From contig JAQFVV010000010.1 of the NCBI GenBank assembly GCA_028023455.1, positions 16,616,001 through 16,680,000 on the forward strand: DNA of 64,000 nucleotides, read 5' to 3'. Under the pieces are notes generated by a model. The model did not search any database and was not told the origin of the DNA. It worked only from the letters and a program-made list of their open reading frames with translations. Below are positions 13,468 to 27,519 of the stretch, in pieces. The stretch comes from Epiperipatus broadwayi. Lineage: Eukaryota; Animalia; Onychophora. Each line of letters begins with the position of its first letter. The first letter of the stretch is position 1. The position numbers were made by a program, and so were the translations under genes.

Positions 13468-14925
13468 AGGTTTTTTTTTAAGTAAAGTCATCTTTTACTT
13501 CAATAAAAACCTCAAAGAAAAGCTATTGCAGGTTTAATGATAAGCCTGGTTTGGCCTCAGGGATTGTCAATTAGTAGTAATTGATAATTTCATGGTAACA
13601 TCAAAGGTTAAAGATTACTTCTATTTACATGGATATTATTTCCTCATTTCTATTCTACACTTTAGTAGTAATAAGCTTTGTTTCCATATTTCAGAAGCTA
13701 TAATCTAGATTGTTATTTGAACTGTCATTTAAAATAAAGTCATCTTTTGAGTTTATTTTGAACTGTCGTTTAAAATAAAGTCATCTTTTGAGTTTCTTCA
13801 GATTACTTGATCATTGATTAACTTGTAAATTGTTTTATCAGCTTTCTAATCTTCATTGATATGAACAATACATTATCTGATGATGACAGAAAACATGCTA
13901 GATCTGGAACAGGCAATTCTCTTGTAGATGCTACATGGATGGATAATGACAACAGATACACTTTTTTAATGCTGCCACACATATTGATTAAACTAGAAAT
14001 ACTAATTTACTTTATCATTATTTCAATATAGATATATTAATAAATATTTTTCACACTGATAGATAGTTTAATTGTATCACTAGTCTAGTTTTATTGCATA
14101 AATCAGCTGATGAATGATGCTGAGATTATTTCCTTTTTGTCTTCTTAGTTGCTTGGAGCTTATCTTTAAAATAACTGCGAATTTTGCCTTGATTTAGTAA
14201 AGAATGAGTTTAGTTTGATGTTGTTTCTTGCACTGTTCTATATAGCTTCATTATACATGTTTATTGAAAAATATGTTTTCCTTAACTCTGCTGTTAATCT
14301 GACCATTTGTTCAAGTGTGTTTGTAAGATTACTTTTTCTGTTTAACACACACATATATATATATATACACACACATGGGTTTAATATATAGTGTGTGCAT
14401 GTAATCATGATAAACTCAGTTACAATAAATACAAATTTTTGAATTAATTTTTAATTAGTCAAATGCCTTTCATGATCCATGCTTGCCATTTAAGTAGATC
14501 AAATCTGTTTTTACAATGTAAAAGTGTGTATGTCCATGAAAGCTAACCCCTGATCCTCAATTACAAGAGTTTATTTTCCAGTTAAACTATTTTTTATGAT
14601 TGTGCATTATACTGACTTATTTTAATATTTTATTTACCTTTCTTGGTTTATTTTAATAAGATTATTTTTACTTCCCCAAATTACATATATGTGGGCACAC
14701 ATACTTCATTGAATACCCATTTTTTATTATTTTCTTTTTATGAGTGTATAAAATAATAGTAAAGCTTATTTAATGCTATTTTAATATCCTACCTACTACC
14801 TATTTTCATCTATTTTGTGACTTGATTCGTGGTTGGCACAATATAAATATATTTAAAAAAAGCATTATTATAATTGTTGAACTAGCAGAAATATAAATTT
14901 TGCCTAAATTTATATGTATTGATAG

Positions 14926-15120
14926 TCATCATCATCAAACATTATCAATTCACTGCAGAATGAAGGTTTCTCCAAGTTCAATCCATTTCCGATCTTTAGC
15001 TTCTCTTTTCAACATCACTCATGCATACTTTCTTATTTCATCCATCCATCTCACATGTGGTCTCTTTCTGTGTCTTTTACAATATATTGGAATCCAGTTT
15101 AAGATTTCAATTGTATTGAT
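14926..15120 (-). mobile_element. RTE-clade LINE short 3' fragment
   Basis: Same 3' end as 25850-26040, with a (TCA)n tail on the plus strand. Confidence 0.8.
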
Positions 15121-18100
15121 AGTACAAACTAATTATATTAAATTAAACAGGCTTTTTTTAAAAAAATAACTTGTAATTTTATTTGTTGTTGTGCACATGC
15201 TTGATCTTTTAAATTGAAAGTATATGCTGCACATTAATATTATAGTATAAAGAATATTATTGAAGCTTAAAACTATATTAGTACTACTGTAATAAATTGT
15301 ATGATTTAGCAGTGCATGTGTTAGCATTATAAATATAAAAGAAGTTGAATATACGAATACTTGTTTTTGTTTGGTCTTTAATAAAAATTTTATTGTGCAT
15401 ATAATTGCTTACAAAAATTATCATTTCAATCAATGTATGTAAATGAGAATAATAACAAATAGCCTATAAAAACAAATTAAATGGGTTAATCTATCCCATT
15501 TTAAATGTATAACACTATGTGCATTATTTCCATATATTATAAATCGTTATAATAATGCATATAGTTTTTAAATTTTATTTTGTAGATAAAGCATAAACCT
15601 TAATTGTGATACCTAACTACAACTAACCCTGGCATGGATGAAGTAAAGGAATTTTAATAAAATAGTGCATTGATAATCATTTCCTTATGGATGATTAAAA
15701 TATAATGAAGCATTAAAAATGTTATAGTTAAATTTTAATTTTGATTATGAAGTTTTTGTTATTGCTATTTTAAAATATCAAGAGAGTTCTTTTTGATGTA
15801 GCCATATGTTACTCTGTGAATTTAAACCACTTATGCCTTTATCAGCCAACTTTAAAAACAAATGTATTATTTAATGAAGGCAAACTTAGATGAACCATAA
15901 TAGAATCAAACAATATACATTTCTATTCTACTCCAATTAATCTAGTAGCATTATACTCTAAGCATCACATCACCACCATTTCTTAATGACAAAACTCTCC
16001 ATACAGTAGCGCCACTCAGTGCAAGCCAGATTAATTGATGTACTCTAGCTTGCACTGAGTGGCACTACTGCATTGAGAGTTTTGCCTGTTTTAATAGCAA
16101 AACAAGGAAATAATGGTGAATCATTTTAACTGAAAAAAGAAAGTTATTAATATAAATGTTCTGCATACATATCAAAACATATTGTGTGAGGTTGATGTAT
16201 GTATTTAATAATTTAATTCATGAATCAAATCCAGGAATTAATATATATTTCAGATTTTTTTAGCTTGATGGCAGCTTAGCATAATAAGAAAAGACTTCTA
16301 TAATGTAATAATATTCCTTTCATGCTCATCCATCATATGTGTGTATAAATATTTAAAAAAAAATGTAAATGCTATTTTTAAAATTAAATTTATCCATAGA
16401 TGGTATATACCATATTAACCCAAGGTTATTAGCCTGAAGCTTTTCCTTGATGATTAATTTCCTATAGATGAGGTGCAAATAATTGATCTGAACAGTTATG
16501 TTATATATATAATTGAATGTATTTAATTTGCCCAGAAATATATGCAAACTTATAATGATATAAAGTCCAATCACAGAATGTGAAATATTCTTTATCTGTT
16601 TACTATATATGGACAGATAATTGGTGGGACTTTTGATAACTAATGAGATGTTGTTCTTGAAATATAAGTATATTGCAAAATGATTGGTCCATTTTTATAT
16701 AGTAAGGTAATCAACAAATATTTAATGTGCCATTATTATTATTTATCTATTTTCAAGTTTTTTTTTTACATAGGTATTATAATAGAATCTTTATGTCCTT
16801 TATATTATCTTATAAAAAAAAAAAATTTGTTGTGTCTATTTCAATTCCTGCTGAAGTTTGTTTTATTTTAAAACTTTTACATTTTATTAAAAAAATCAAT
16901 AAAATAGCTTTTGAATTGTTTACACTTAAATGTAAGTGAATTAGTCAAATAAGTAATTAAATAGCAAGATCATAATCATAAATAGAGATATTAATAATAA
17001 TTTTAATTGTAATATACATATATGTACTTAATAAATATTTATATTATAAATCAGGAGTTATTTTACTGTAATAAAATTTATATAAGAAATTATTTAAGAA
17101 TTTAAAAAAAAAGTATAATAAACATTTATTTAAATGCTTTAGTAGTTCTAAATTATTATTCAGATGGTGTGTGTGTGTGTGTAAGTCTCTAAATGAAGAC
17201 AATAAGAATACATTGCATGAACAGTGTTCTAAAAATGTCATAGTAATGCTAATGTAAGTGCAGATATTTTAAGTGGATATTTACTATCTTAAAAAATTTT
17301 TTTTTACTTCAAAAATAACCTTCGTGAGGTTTAGATGTCTTGTTTACCTATAATTTCGAAATTATCAAATTGTTGAATTTTTAAAATCTATGGAGTAGGG
17401 AGGGGGCATTGCTTAACCCCTTCCTGAAATACTGCTGCTGTATCTACCAAAACTAATAATATTCAATAAGAATAGGACTCATCTCAGTAATATTTACACC
17501 ATATAAATAAGATTTTAAAAAGAAAAATCAGTCTACGTATGAAAGTAATAGAAATCTAATGCTTCTAGAATAAATCTTTGCAGAATAACTATTGACATTT
17601 ATGAGATCAACCAAGCATAAATATTTCCAAGAACTTTTTATCTCCATTTAACTCAATCAAGAACAACAGACTATTCATTCAAAGTTTTAAAAGTCACCTT
17701 AATGGAACTTATTTGTACTTAAGATTGTTTTTCTGGATTTATCATTCCAGGAGGATCAGAACACAATAATTATTTACAAAGACTTTTAAATGAAGGTCTT
17801 TCTAATTGATTTTCTTTTAATAAATAATTTATTTGTTACGCCACACAATGCTTTCTTTTCTTAGCTTTAGCACTCCCAAAGAAAAATTTTATGAATACCA
17901 TAAAAAAATATTTTTTAAAAAACTTAAAACATATACATATATGTGCATATACACCACAATGTATTATGTGAATGGATTACATATATATTTTATGTATCTT
18001 TATATTTTATGTAATATTATTTTAAATTTTAAACATTTAAATACATTGTTTCTAGGAGACATTGAATTTGTTTGATGTTACTGCATCTATAAAGTTTGCA

Positions 18101-19802
18101 TGTATTATTAATGAAGGTAGCATTGTTATTAATTTAAGCCTTGTTAGCATGAATGTTTAAAGGTAGGTCCTTTTTTTATTTTACCTAGTGTTCGGATATG
18201 TCTTACATTTAGGTATAGAGAGATGATGAATTCATCTTTGTCTAGTTTGTAATATGCTTACATTTTGTAATCTTTTGTCTTGAACCATAACTTATAAGTT
18301 AGCTTGGATTTGTTTTTTGATAAGGATCTTTAGGTGCATCTGTATATGAATAATTGAATGTATGGTGTAGATATTAGTATTTCAATGAACTATCCAAGAA
18401 ACATGTATATAAAGATAATTTCTTTAGCATAATATTTAATAAATTTATATAGTTAATAATGCTTTTAGAGAAATGCTTTAACCTTTATCATATGGACCTT
18501 GTACATTTATAATGGTCAAATGATGTCTTTTTTTGATTACCAAGGGACTTCTCAAACCTTGACACAAGATAGTGATTTTATAAAGATAAGTATGGTCATT
18601 TTATCTTTAACCTAAATTTCTACTTATATAGACCAATCTGAAGCATCTTAATTTGAGAGTGTGAAGCTGTTAGTCTCTTCACTATTTAAGTCTACTATTT
18701 CCTTTACAAATTAACCTTCATGAAATCTTGCAATTTATGATGAGTTAATATTATGATCTTTATACTGGAAATATATAAACTAATGTAACATTTTGATTAT
18801 TTATTAAACACATCGGAAGTATGTAAATACTTTTAGATAAAAGGCTTAACCTTTATCATATGCACGTTGAATGTTTATAATAGTCAAAGGATGTCTTTTT
18901 TTGACTATAGAGGAATGGCAGTTGATGAGGGTTAAGGAATTAACCAAAAGTATTGCTGCAGATTAAAAAACTTTATATAGCAGTAAATTACCATCATATT
19001 TATTATATATATAAATTCATGAAGTTCTTGAATCTCTTGTAACATTATGAGTAATTATCATATCAATGCTATATAATTGATGTTGTTTTATCACGTTAAC
19101 ATGTTATATCTCCTAGCTTTACATTTAATTCTAAACACAAATCAATGTCAATGATGAATTATACTTCTAATGAAATACATTATATAATTATTGATATTTT
19201 GGCTATGCTTTTAGCCTAATACACGATATATGCTTAGCATTTGATAACCTTTTATGTTAAATATCATTTGATTAATTTTATTGATATGTCCAGATGCAGT
19301 GGTGTGTGTGTGAACTTGTAATAGCAATAATTTGTCTATCACATCATACATGCAGACCCCTTTACCAAAAACTTTAAAAACCGTCGATCCCTTAATTGTT
19401 TACTTTACTTACTCAAATTAATAAATTTGTACTGTATTCGATATTAGATATTTCACTAGATATCAAACTTTCCATTTTAATTACTTGTTAATTAAGGATT
19501 GAAAAAGATAAAGGAGTTGTGGAATATGGCATTATATTGTGCTTCATTTAATATTAAAACCTGCACTAATGGAAATTAAAGCTAAAAAAATACTAGTAGA
19601 GTTTTTTTTTAATTTTTGACATTTATGAAATAAATATATAAATTCAAAATGAGTACAAATATTGAAATCACTTTATTAAACATAAAAATGAAGTGAAAAA
19701 TCAACATATTCAGACAGAATTAAACATTAATAAAATTACATTAATGAAAGATTTTAATCAGAATTATAAGAATGCTAAATAAATTAACTAGGAAAACTGA
19801 AT

Positions 19803-21481
19803 TTAATGAGATAGGTGCACCTGGTGATCTGTCCACAGTTTATTTATGTCCGGTTTTAAATTAATGAGTTGCATTTTCAAATCTCCACGTTCAGTGATAT
19901 GCAATCAATGTCTGTTCTGAAGCAGATTTAAAACTACACTGAAGCCTCTCTCTACCAAATACGAAATACCAGCAAATACTTTTGTACAACAGTCCATAGA
20001 GCCAGGTACAGAAGTGAAATATCTTGTTTCAGCCAAAACTTTTGATAACCCTGTTTAAATTGTACCTTGAAATCGTCATTCATGCTGATGGTTATCAGAT
20101 CATTCTTCAAAATTATATTTGGTTCTGAACTAGTGGTGTATGGATTTTTTATCCAGTCCAGTATTTTCAATGATAGAATATCTTTGAACCTAGTTTTGAA
20201 ATCTAAGTGAAGAGCCTCCAAGTGGTTGACTTACAGCAAGATTGGATTATGCCAATCTTAAATAAGTTAGGGAACTGAGAAAGCTCAGATTTTGAAATAT
20301 TTTCCTTAAAAACCATTAATCTATCAATAAAAGCTGATATGACCAATTTTGCTTTGATAAGATTCAAATTGTATCCTTGCAGTTGTAAATTAACATCATT
20401 ATATTTGCCAAATAAATTGGTTAAATAACCAATATCTGTTTTACTCTTAAGTAAATTTTCTTTTTTAAAACTGCAATCCTTGTCTTCCAAAAACTCTAAA
20501 AACAGATTGAAAAAGTGCAAAAAATCTCACCAAACACAAATCTTTTAAAAGCCAGTGGACTGCAGTATGGAGAACCAATCAATAGAAATCTTCATCACTT
20601 TCATCACATAATTGAGCAAACAGTCTAGTGTTCAAAACATTACTTTGAATATTGTTCATAACTGTGATAATAAACTGAAGCGATTGATACAATTTGTCAC
20701 TAAGATTCTTGGCTACTAAACATTGACTATGGATTATGCAGAGAACTGCAAGCACTTCAGGTAACTTATGAAACTGTGATAATGACCAATAATCTGTTGC
20801 AACAGATATTATATTTGTCAATGGAATTGCTTTTTCCCTGAAAAATAGCTCCATTAAATTAAAAGTTTATTCACCTCTGGTGTCAGATTCTAAAGTTCTG
20901 GCAAAAAGCAGCTCTTCATGCACTTCCTGATCTTGAATAAAGTGAATGTAAGCCAGCAACAAAGCTTCATTACTGGGTAATGTTGACTTGTGCAATTGGG
21001 AGGACGGGGACATTTGTTTGCAAATGATTACATAAACAGTTTTCCACATCATGACTCATTTCATCAATACATCTTTGAATTGTGTTATTGCTTAAAGGAA
21101 TCCTTTTTTGTAGAGTATAGTGTTCAATACCTCTATGGCAACTGGTAGAATGTTTCTCCTCTATGGTATGCAGCTCACCAAACTTCACGATGAATAGGGA
21201 TATGTTGTACAATGACCTTAATCCATTATCATTTTACTTTGGCGGTGAAACAAACATATTAACTATCATAGTTCTCTTCATAATTTTATCTTTAAGTGAT
21301 TGAAAGTATGACAAATCTTTTTCGTCAGGATGAATTCTGTTCAGATCTGCTAGTTTTGATGGTTTCACAGCATGACTGCTAAAACCTTTTTCACATATGA
21401 GACAAATTGATAATGATGGGACAATCCTAGCTTCAAACAGTCCAAGCTATACAGTCTGCATTTCTTTTTTGGTCCAGTCAT
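19803..21481 (-). pseudogene. hAT (Buster/ZBED8/SCAND3-like) transposase pseudogene with frameshifts and stops
   Basis: Consecutive fragments read MTGPKKKCRLYSLDCLKLG...KPSKL...IPLSNNTIQRCIDEM...NEALLLAYIHF...HEELLFARTLESDTRGE...NIISVATD...NTRLFAQLCDESDEDF...NDVNLQLQG...ALHLDFKTRF...GYQKFWL...ERGDLKMQLINLKPDINKLWTDHQVHLSH*, covering a Buster-type transposase from end to end. Confidence 0.9.
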
Positions 21482-22420
21482 ATTAGTATCATAAGAAATA
21501 AAAACTTTTATTAACAAATAATTTCAACAGTCTCAGTGATAATAAAAAAACAATAAAGTATGTACTTACTTGAAACAGAAAATATTTGTTCAAACTCTAA
21601 TATATAACCTGTGTCCTCTGAAAAACTTTTTCATAGCATTGTGCCTCAATAAATAATTATATTCAAAGTTCAAATCACAGATAAGTACATGTCACATCAA
21701 ACAAACCAATTTGTAGTGTTTTTTATCAAAGCACGACCGTACAAGACTGATAGATTCTGCTAATATCAAATATTGTCTTCTCATGGTAAGTGCAGACATG
21801 CAATGGTTTTTCATGTTCACACTTGTGATACCTTCAATAAGACAATACACAGACATGTTTCAGCTACATGCATTTTCATGCATTCTTACATGTGATTCTT
21901 TTAATGATACATTTTATGTTTTCATTCACAAATTTGGTATGCAATGTGTTTTTATCAAAAAGTGTTTTTTAAAATTATTTTACTATTGAATTAGATATCT
22001 ATTAGAATCAGATATTTTAAAGTAACAAACAAAAAGCAGAAGGGGGTCTATTTTTTTCTGTCTTTGACCCCCAAATTTTTTTATTGAAACTATCACCCCT
22101 AAAAAGTTCAAATCGACTGCAGGAGGTCAGTATCGACCACTTTATGAACTTTTGGTCTAAATACAAGTTATACTAGATACCTTATATAAATACCTCACAT
22201 AAATTAATTTCTGATTTTAAATGTTGATATTACATCATTAAATAAGAAAAGATGTTCCATTGCTGTGGAAATCAGCCAGGCATTTGGATAATTTCTAGAG
22301 AATCTATAATTTTGAATTGGAAAATATTTTTTATGAAAGATTATCATAAAAATAAGAATACATGAAGATTCAAGAATAAGGATCCTACAAGGAAAGGTAA
22401 ATTTAATATAAAGTAAATAC

Positions 22421-22534
22421 CAGTCAAGCATTGTTAGCCGAGAGGTCATCGCAGCTGTCTTGCAAGAAAGTAGTTGGTTGCAGATGGTTGTGGGTTCGCC
22501 TCCCAGCTGATGCTATGACATATGAAAAAAAAAA
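22421..22534 (+). mobile_element. Short tRNA-derived SINE, older copy
   Basis: A-box-like TTAGCCGAGAGG, B-box-like GGGTTCGCCTCCC, and a ...GATGCTATGACATATG(A)n tail. Flanked by aaagtaaat on both sides. Confidence 0.8.
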
Positions 22535-23859
22535 GTAAATGCTTGTGTTGATCAAGGCACTTTAGAAATGGATATTGTAGTAAGATACCATCCCAAGACA
22601 TGGGAGAGGAGGTGAAGATATAAAATCCAAGATGAATAATGATAACAAATGATGTCAGTTTATAAAAATGTTTATTTATATTTATTTATAGTAATTATGG
22701 ACTCATATCCACATTCAACATATATCCACATCTATTAAAGATCTGATGGAACTCAGTATTATAATGACTTGGGTGTAATACATACTGACATTTACAATAC
22801 TTGATCTAATAGAGTGATGTGTGTGACATAGATGAATATACATAAAACTGTGATTGGAAGCATACTAACATTATGCATGTGGCATTCATGTGATTAAATA
22901 TAATGTAAAAATAAGACACTCACATGATTAAACATATTACAAAATATTCATTCATTTGATTGGTTATCAACTCATCATTGCATTATTGATACAAATTTGG
23001 AAGTGAATATTATATCAAATTTATTATCTTTTTAATCCAATTTGTTACCTTTCTTTTCCAAGTTCCTATTATCCTAGTTTTGCTCTTAAGTGTTAATCTA
23101 TCACAAAAATTTATTTATCTTCTTCAAATAAAAACTTGAACATTTCATTTCATATCTGTCTCTAAATATCCTTTCTTGCTTTCAGAAATTTTGCCTAAAC
23201 ACATATCTGCCAATATCTTATTGAACTTTTTATACATAAATAGATTATTCCTTTTCCAAAACATATTACCTCATTGCTTTTTATTGAATTTAGGGACCAA
23301 ACACTTTCATAAAATTTGGCAAAGTTCATGTCTATTATAAGCAAGTGGTGTATAACTTTTAATCATTAATTTTTAAGTATTTTTTTAAATTCTTCCCTCC
23401 CCTAACTTCTAAATAAGTAATATCTACCTACAGATTTTATATTTAAACTTCCCATCATTCATGTTTCTGGATTCTCCTCCTGTATTTTTGGTTTATTCAT
23501 ATTAAAGTTAACATAATTTTTTTCCCCCAATACAAACCAACTTTAAAAATATTTGTATATTTTTCATCCAATATCATTCTTAAAAATAATGTTTTTAAAT
23601 TATAACTTTCTCCAATTTTCCGATTTGAAATTCTTTATCCCATATCTACTTGTGTAACTTTCTCAAAATCCTGTAAATAAATAACTAGGACTAAGGAACT
23701 TTTTTGTTTCAGACCTATTTCACTTTGGACTTTCATAGTTTCTAAGTCATCTAACTGAAAAATATTCATATTATATATATATATTTTTATAATCCTAAAC
23801 AAAATTCTATCCATTATCTGTTTATTTTTTCAGACTCTTCCATACTTTATTACATTATA

Positions 23860-24290
23860 GAGATGTCTGCCCATCCTTGCATAAGTACTAAATGGATTAT
23901 GTCCTGCACATGTGGGGTTCAGATTGACCTTAGGTCAACATGGGTGTGACAACATTCTCAGTCTCAGGGTGGCCTTTGAGCATTCCATCTTCAGATTTTC
24001 AATTGGTTGGACAGTTGAAGATTTGGAGTGTGGAGTAGATTGAAGCCTGTCCATTAAAGTATGAAGCTTGTCTATCTTAATATATATCTGAGCACTTATA
24101 GTATATATGTGTGGGGATGATAATCTGGACCAACTGATGATTGCTGGTTTAGCATGAAATACGTATATTGATGATTGTTTATCTTTTCAGCAAATATGTG
24201 CTTGGGTGTGTCGGTGTTATTAGATAGAGTGGAGAGTGGTGGGTTGTGTGAAAAGTCTGTGCTCATATACCCTATATTACTTATCATAAG
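23860..24290 (+). repeat. Family A hammerhead repeat copy
   Basis: Reverse complement of 11400-11770. HHR reads accaa-CTGATGA (24134)-ttgct-ggttt-agcat-GAA-ATACGTAT-A-ttg. Confidence 0.85.
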
Positions 24291-25014
24291 CTTTTTCTAC
24301 ATCTAAAAAATCTATCAAAAAGTTTTTATTTAATTTATATTTCTTCTACCATTTCTATAATCAGTTTGTACTTCTCTTATAATGTTGTGATTTTCTATTT
24401 TTCAATAATACTTACTGTCTCACATAGATCTACTTGGATTCTTCCTTTTATCTTTAAAAATCAATTTTATTCTAGGAATTTTCCAATTTTCAGTAGATCC
24501 TACCGTCATAATTTCGAAAAAATATCTCAGTAAATATTCTTTACGTTTAATGTCCAATATTTTTATCATTTCTACAGCTATTTTATTTTATTTATTTATT
24601 TATTCAGTAAACAATAAGTAAATAAGACCACCTGAGGGCATGGTTTATTTGTAAACAGACATAAATATAATGTTGCAGGGCCAGCCTTGTTTTGTCATTT
24701 CTCAACTTTTTCATATTTCACAATATTTCCTAATTATAACTTCATACTTATCCCATTTTTTTTATATTGCATATATTCAAAATTAATCATTTTCTAAATT
24801 ATTTCTTTTTTTCAATTTCATGTGCTTTGATATTTTTTACTTTATTATTTTTCTGATTTCCTCTACAAATTTTTCTGTTAATAATACTTTCGAGTTGCTA
24901 ATTTTGGCCTTTGACTCTCTTTTTTATTTTGTTTCTATTTCACTTAGAATTTATATTTTATTAACACTCCCTTCTTTTAACAATTAATTCACATTCTCCA
25001 AGTATTTGAATTAA

Positions 25015-25512
25015 ACCACTAAACATCACATGATTACCATCTCTTATGCTAGCACATAACTGTTATTAAACAGGCAAAACTCTCCATACAGTAGTGCCAC
25101 CCTGTGCCAACCAGAGTAATCATGGATGCCAGAAGACTTGTACATAAAATCCCCATCTAGTGCCTACTCATCCACAGGCTAGTTTCTGGCTTGTGGCCTT
25201 CGTCAGTGAGGAGCCTTGGATCTGAGAACTTAGATTGAAAATATTATTGTGTTTTCAATTTCATTCTCATAGTTTTGTAGTTAAGTAGAGATTAAAGGTG
25301 GCTGCTGGAGGGTTGCATTAGATCCTAAGATCTAGGTGCAGTGCTCTCAGATCTAAGGCTCCTCACTGATGAAGGCCACAAGCCAGAAACTAGTCTGGGG
25401 ATATTGGATGAGTAGGCACTAGATGCGGATTTTATGCACAAACCTTCTGGCATCCATTCATTACTCTAGCTTGCTGTGTGTGGGAATACATATAGTGAGT
25501 TTTTCCTGTTTT
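25015..25512. repeat. Family C hammerhead repeat, inverted pair
   Basis: Arms ~25065-25270 and ~25260-25512. HHRs at ~25170-25215 (minus, U16.1 changed to C) and 25350-25408 (plus, intact). Confidence 0.85.
25350..25408 (+). ncRNA. Minimal type I hammerhead ribozyme (family C, intact core, predicted cleavage after GUC at 25395)
   Basis: Sequence: gatctaagg-CTCCTCA-CTGATGA-a-GGC-cacaa-GCC-a-GAA-ACTAGT-C-TGGGGAT-attgga. All conserved core nucleotides are present. Stem I is TCCTCA/TGGGGA with a distal TCYAA/TTGGA extension. Stem II is GGC/GCC. Helix III is the palindrome ACTAGT. Confidence 0.85.
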
Positions 25513-25555
25513 AACAAGAATTAAACTTGGTTGGAGTGCTTTTGGTAGAAATAAC

Positions 25556-26040
25556 TTGATACTAAAAGGAAATATGCCTATGTGTTTGGAAATGAAGGTT
25601 TTTAATAAATGTGTATTACCAGTTCTTACTTATGGATCTGAGACTTGGACACTTAATAGAAGAGCAATACAGAGACTTCAGATCACACAAAGAAATATGG
25701 ATAGATGCATGTTGGGAGTAACAAAAAGAGATCGAAAATGCAATATATGGGTAAAAGAACAAATAGGTGTTACTGACTTCATTGAAAAAATTAAATGACT
25801 AAAGTAGAGTTGGGCTGGACATATTGTTAGAAGAGATGATAATAGATGGACAATTGAAATCTTTAAACTGGATTCCAAGAGATTGTAAAAGACCCAGAAA
25901 GAGACCACATGTGAGATGGATGGTTGAAATAAGAAAGTGTGCAGAGGTGATGTGGAGAAGAGAAACTAAAGATCAGAGATGAATTGAACTTGGAGAGACC
26001 TTACATCCTGCAGTGGATTGATAATGATTGATGATGATGA
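25556..26040 (+). mobile_element. RTE-clade LINE 3' end
   Basis: Encodes VFNKCVLPVLTYGSETWTLN...QRNMDRCMLGVTKRDR...WAGHIVRR.DNRWT...WIPRDCKRPRKRP..RW, the typical RTE RT C-terminus, and ends in a (GAT)n tail. Confidence 0.85.
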
Positions 26041-26806
26041 CTTATACAAAAGCGCGGACATTTTAATGATTAGTTATAGTTTAACCTGTCTACACACAGA
26101 GCCAATATGTATTTCAAAAACTTTAATATATATAGTCAACTGTACACTCTCTTTTTACAAATACAATAAATACGAACGTTTATTTTTAATTTGCGTTCTT
26201 CAAAATAAGTGAAATACAGGCTTATTATATACCTATATCAATATATGTAATATATAGGGTATTTGAGCAAAGACTTTCACACGACCCACCACTCGCAACT
26301 TTAATGATATGAGATAGAGTGGTGGGTCGTGTGAAAGTCTATCTTCTTCAAAATATAGAAATATACATTCGTAACCCTTACATTGACTAAAAAAAAAAAA
26401 AGTATAATAAAGAACATCGGTAGGGATCTTCATTTTTCTTTTTATAAAAAAAAAAAAAAACTAAATAGAATCTTTAATAGTTAAATAAAATCTTTAATAG
26501 CTAAAAATAGAATCTTTAGTGGTTAAAAATTATTTCTAATAAAAGAGGGTTTGTGTTTTCTGCGTTTTGCTTTAAAAAAAACAACAAATTAATTATAGAA
26601 ATATAACGGTGATCAATTTTAGTGAAACATTTTCATTTAAATTAATAAGAGTCATTGTCGCCATTATACGTATTAAACCAACACCAATTAAAATATTAAC
26701 AAAAACATATAGAATATTATGAACATGACATACTTATACAATTTCCAATATATATAAACATAAATCTAGATTTAATTTACAATTACAAAGAGGTTTTTTA
26801 AATTTA

Positions 26807-27519
26807 TGTGATAGTTACCGGTAACTAGAAAGGGTGGGTCAAGATGGGTTCATTTGATGCTGCTAGCAGGTCTTTTCGGTTCTTCAAATTTGTTTCATGT
26901 TTTGATGGTAGATATTCACTGATACAAAGCAGGTATCAGTCATTAATACAGGATAGGCACTTTAGTTCTCTGGCTGGCTCACATGGCTATGACTCCGGTA
27001 TCAGGAACGGATGGGATAGCAAAGGCAAAGAGATCTACTCACGCATTTTTGCAGAGTAACACATTAGTGGATTTCATATATACATGCTGAAGAAACAGAC
27101 TACAGCTTGAAGTAAGTACAGCAAGCAAGATTTCCCAGTGAATTTCTTTTGTAAAATTTTTCAGCAAACTTCTTCCAGAAAAATTCTTAATATTAAACTA
27201 ATTCTTCAGCAAGAGCTACAGCAGGCGTAAGAGAGAGAACAAAAGAAAAGTTCTTTATTTATACCCTTTTTACAATTACATTTTAATCTACTCATTAGTA
27301 GAGAATAATGTCCATTTCCCCCCCCCCCCAAGGGGGGGGGGGTTTTAAAATTTAAAAATGGGGATGGCACCTCACTGTTTATTTCTTGTTTGAAATTTCC
27401 CTGTCATCTATTATTTTATCTAATTAAAAATGCTTTATAAAATTCTTTTCTTAATAGATTCTATTTATTTAGAAATTACATTATCTATTACTGCCATCAT
27501 ATATTTCAAAATAGTTACA
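26807..27519 (-). mobile_element. Possible solo LTR
   Basis: TGT...ACA ends, higher GC and retained CpG relative to the flanks, and a TATA-like gggtataaata on the minus strand at ~27260-27270. No TSD found. Confidence 0.3.

Noticed and set aside
13870-13905. tct-CTGATGA-tgacag-aaaacatgct-aga, hammerhead-like
   Set aside because: No stem II can form and GAAA/UH are not correctly placed. It might be a deleted relic but cannot be supported.
17500-18400. Possible additional PLE remnants (also ~3300-4460 and ~54600-55100)
   Set aside because: Only isolated words such as RFILEALD or SFLDRIL resemble PLE motifs, which is insufficient without a profile search.
22960-25010. Pyrimidine-rich tracts here and at ~34620-35215, ~40620-41750 and ~62880-64000 as host exons
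   Set aside because: No sustained frames or splice pairs. The strand-biased composition and faint RT-like words suggest old minus-strand LINE debris that is too decayed to classify.
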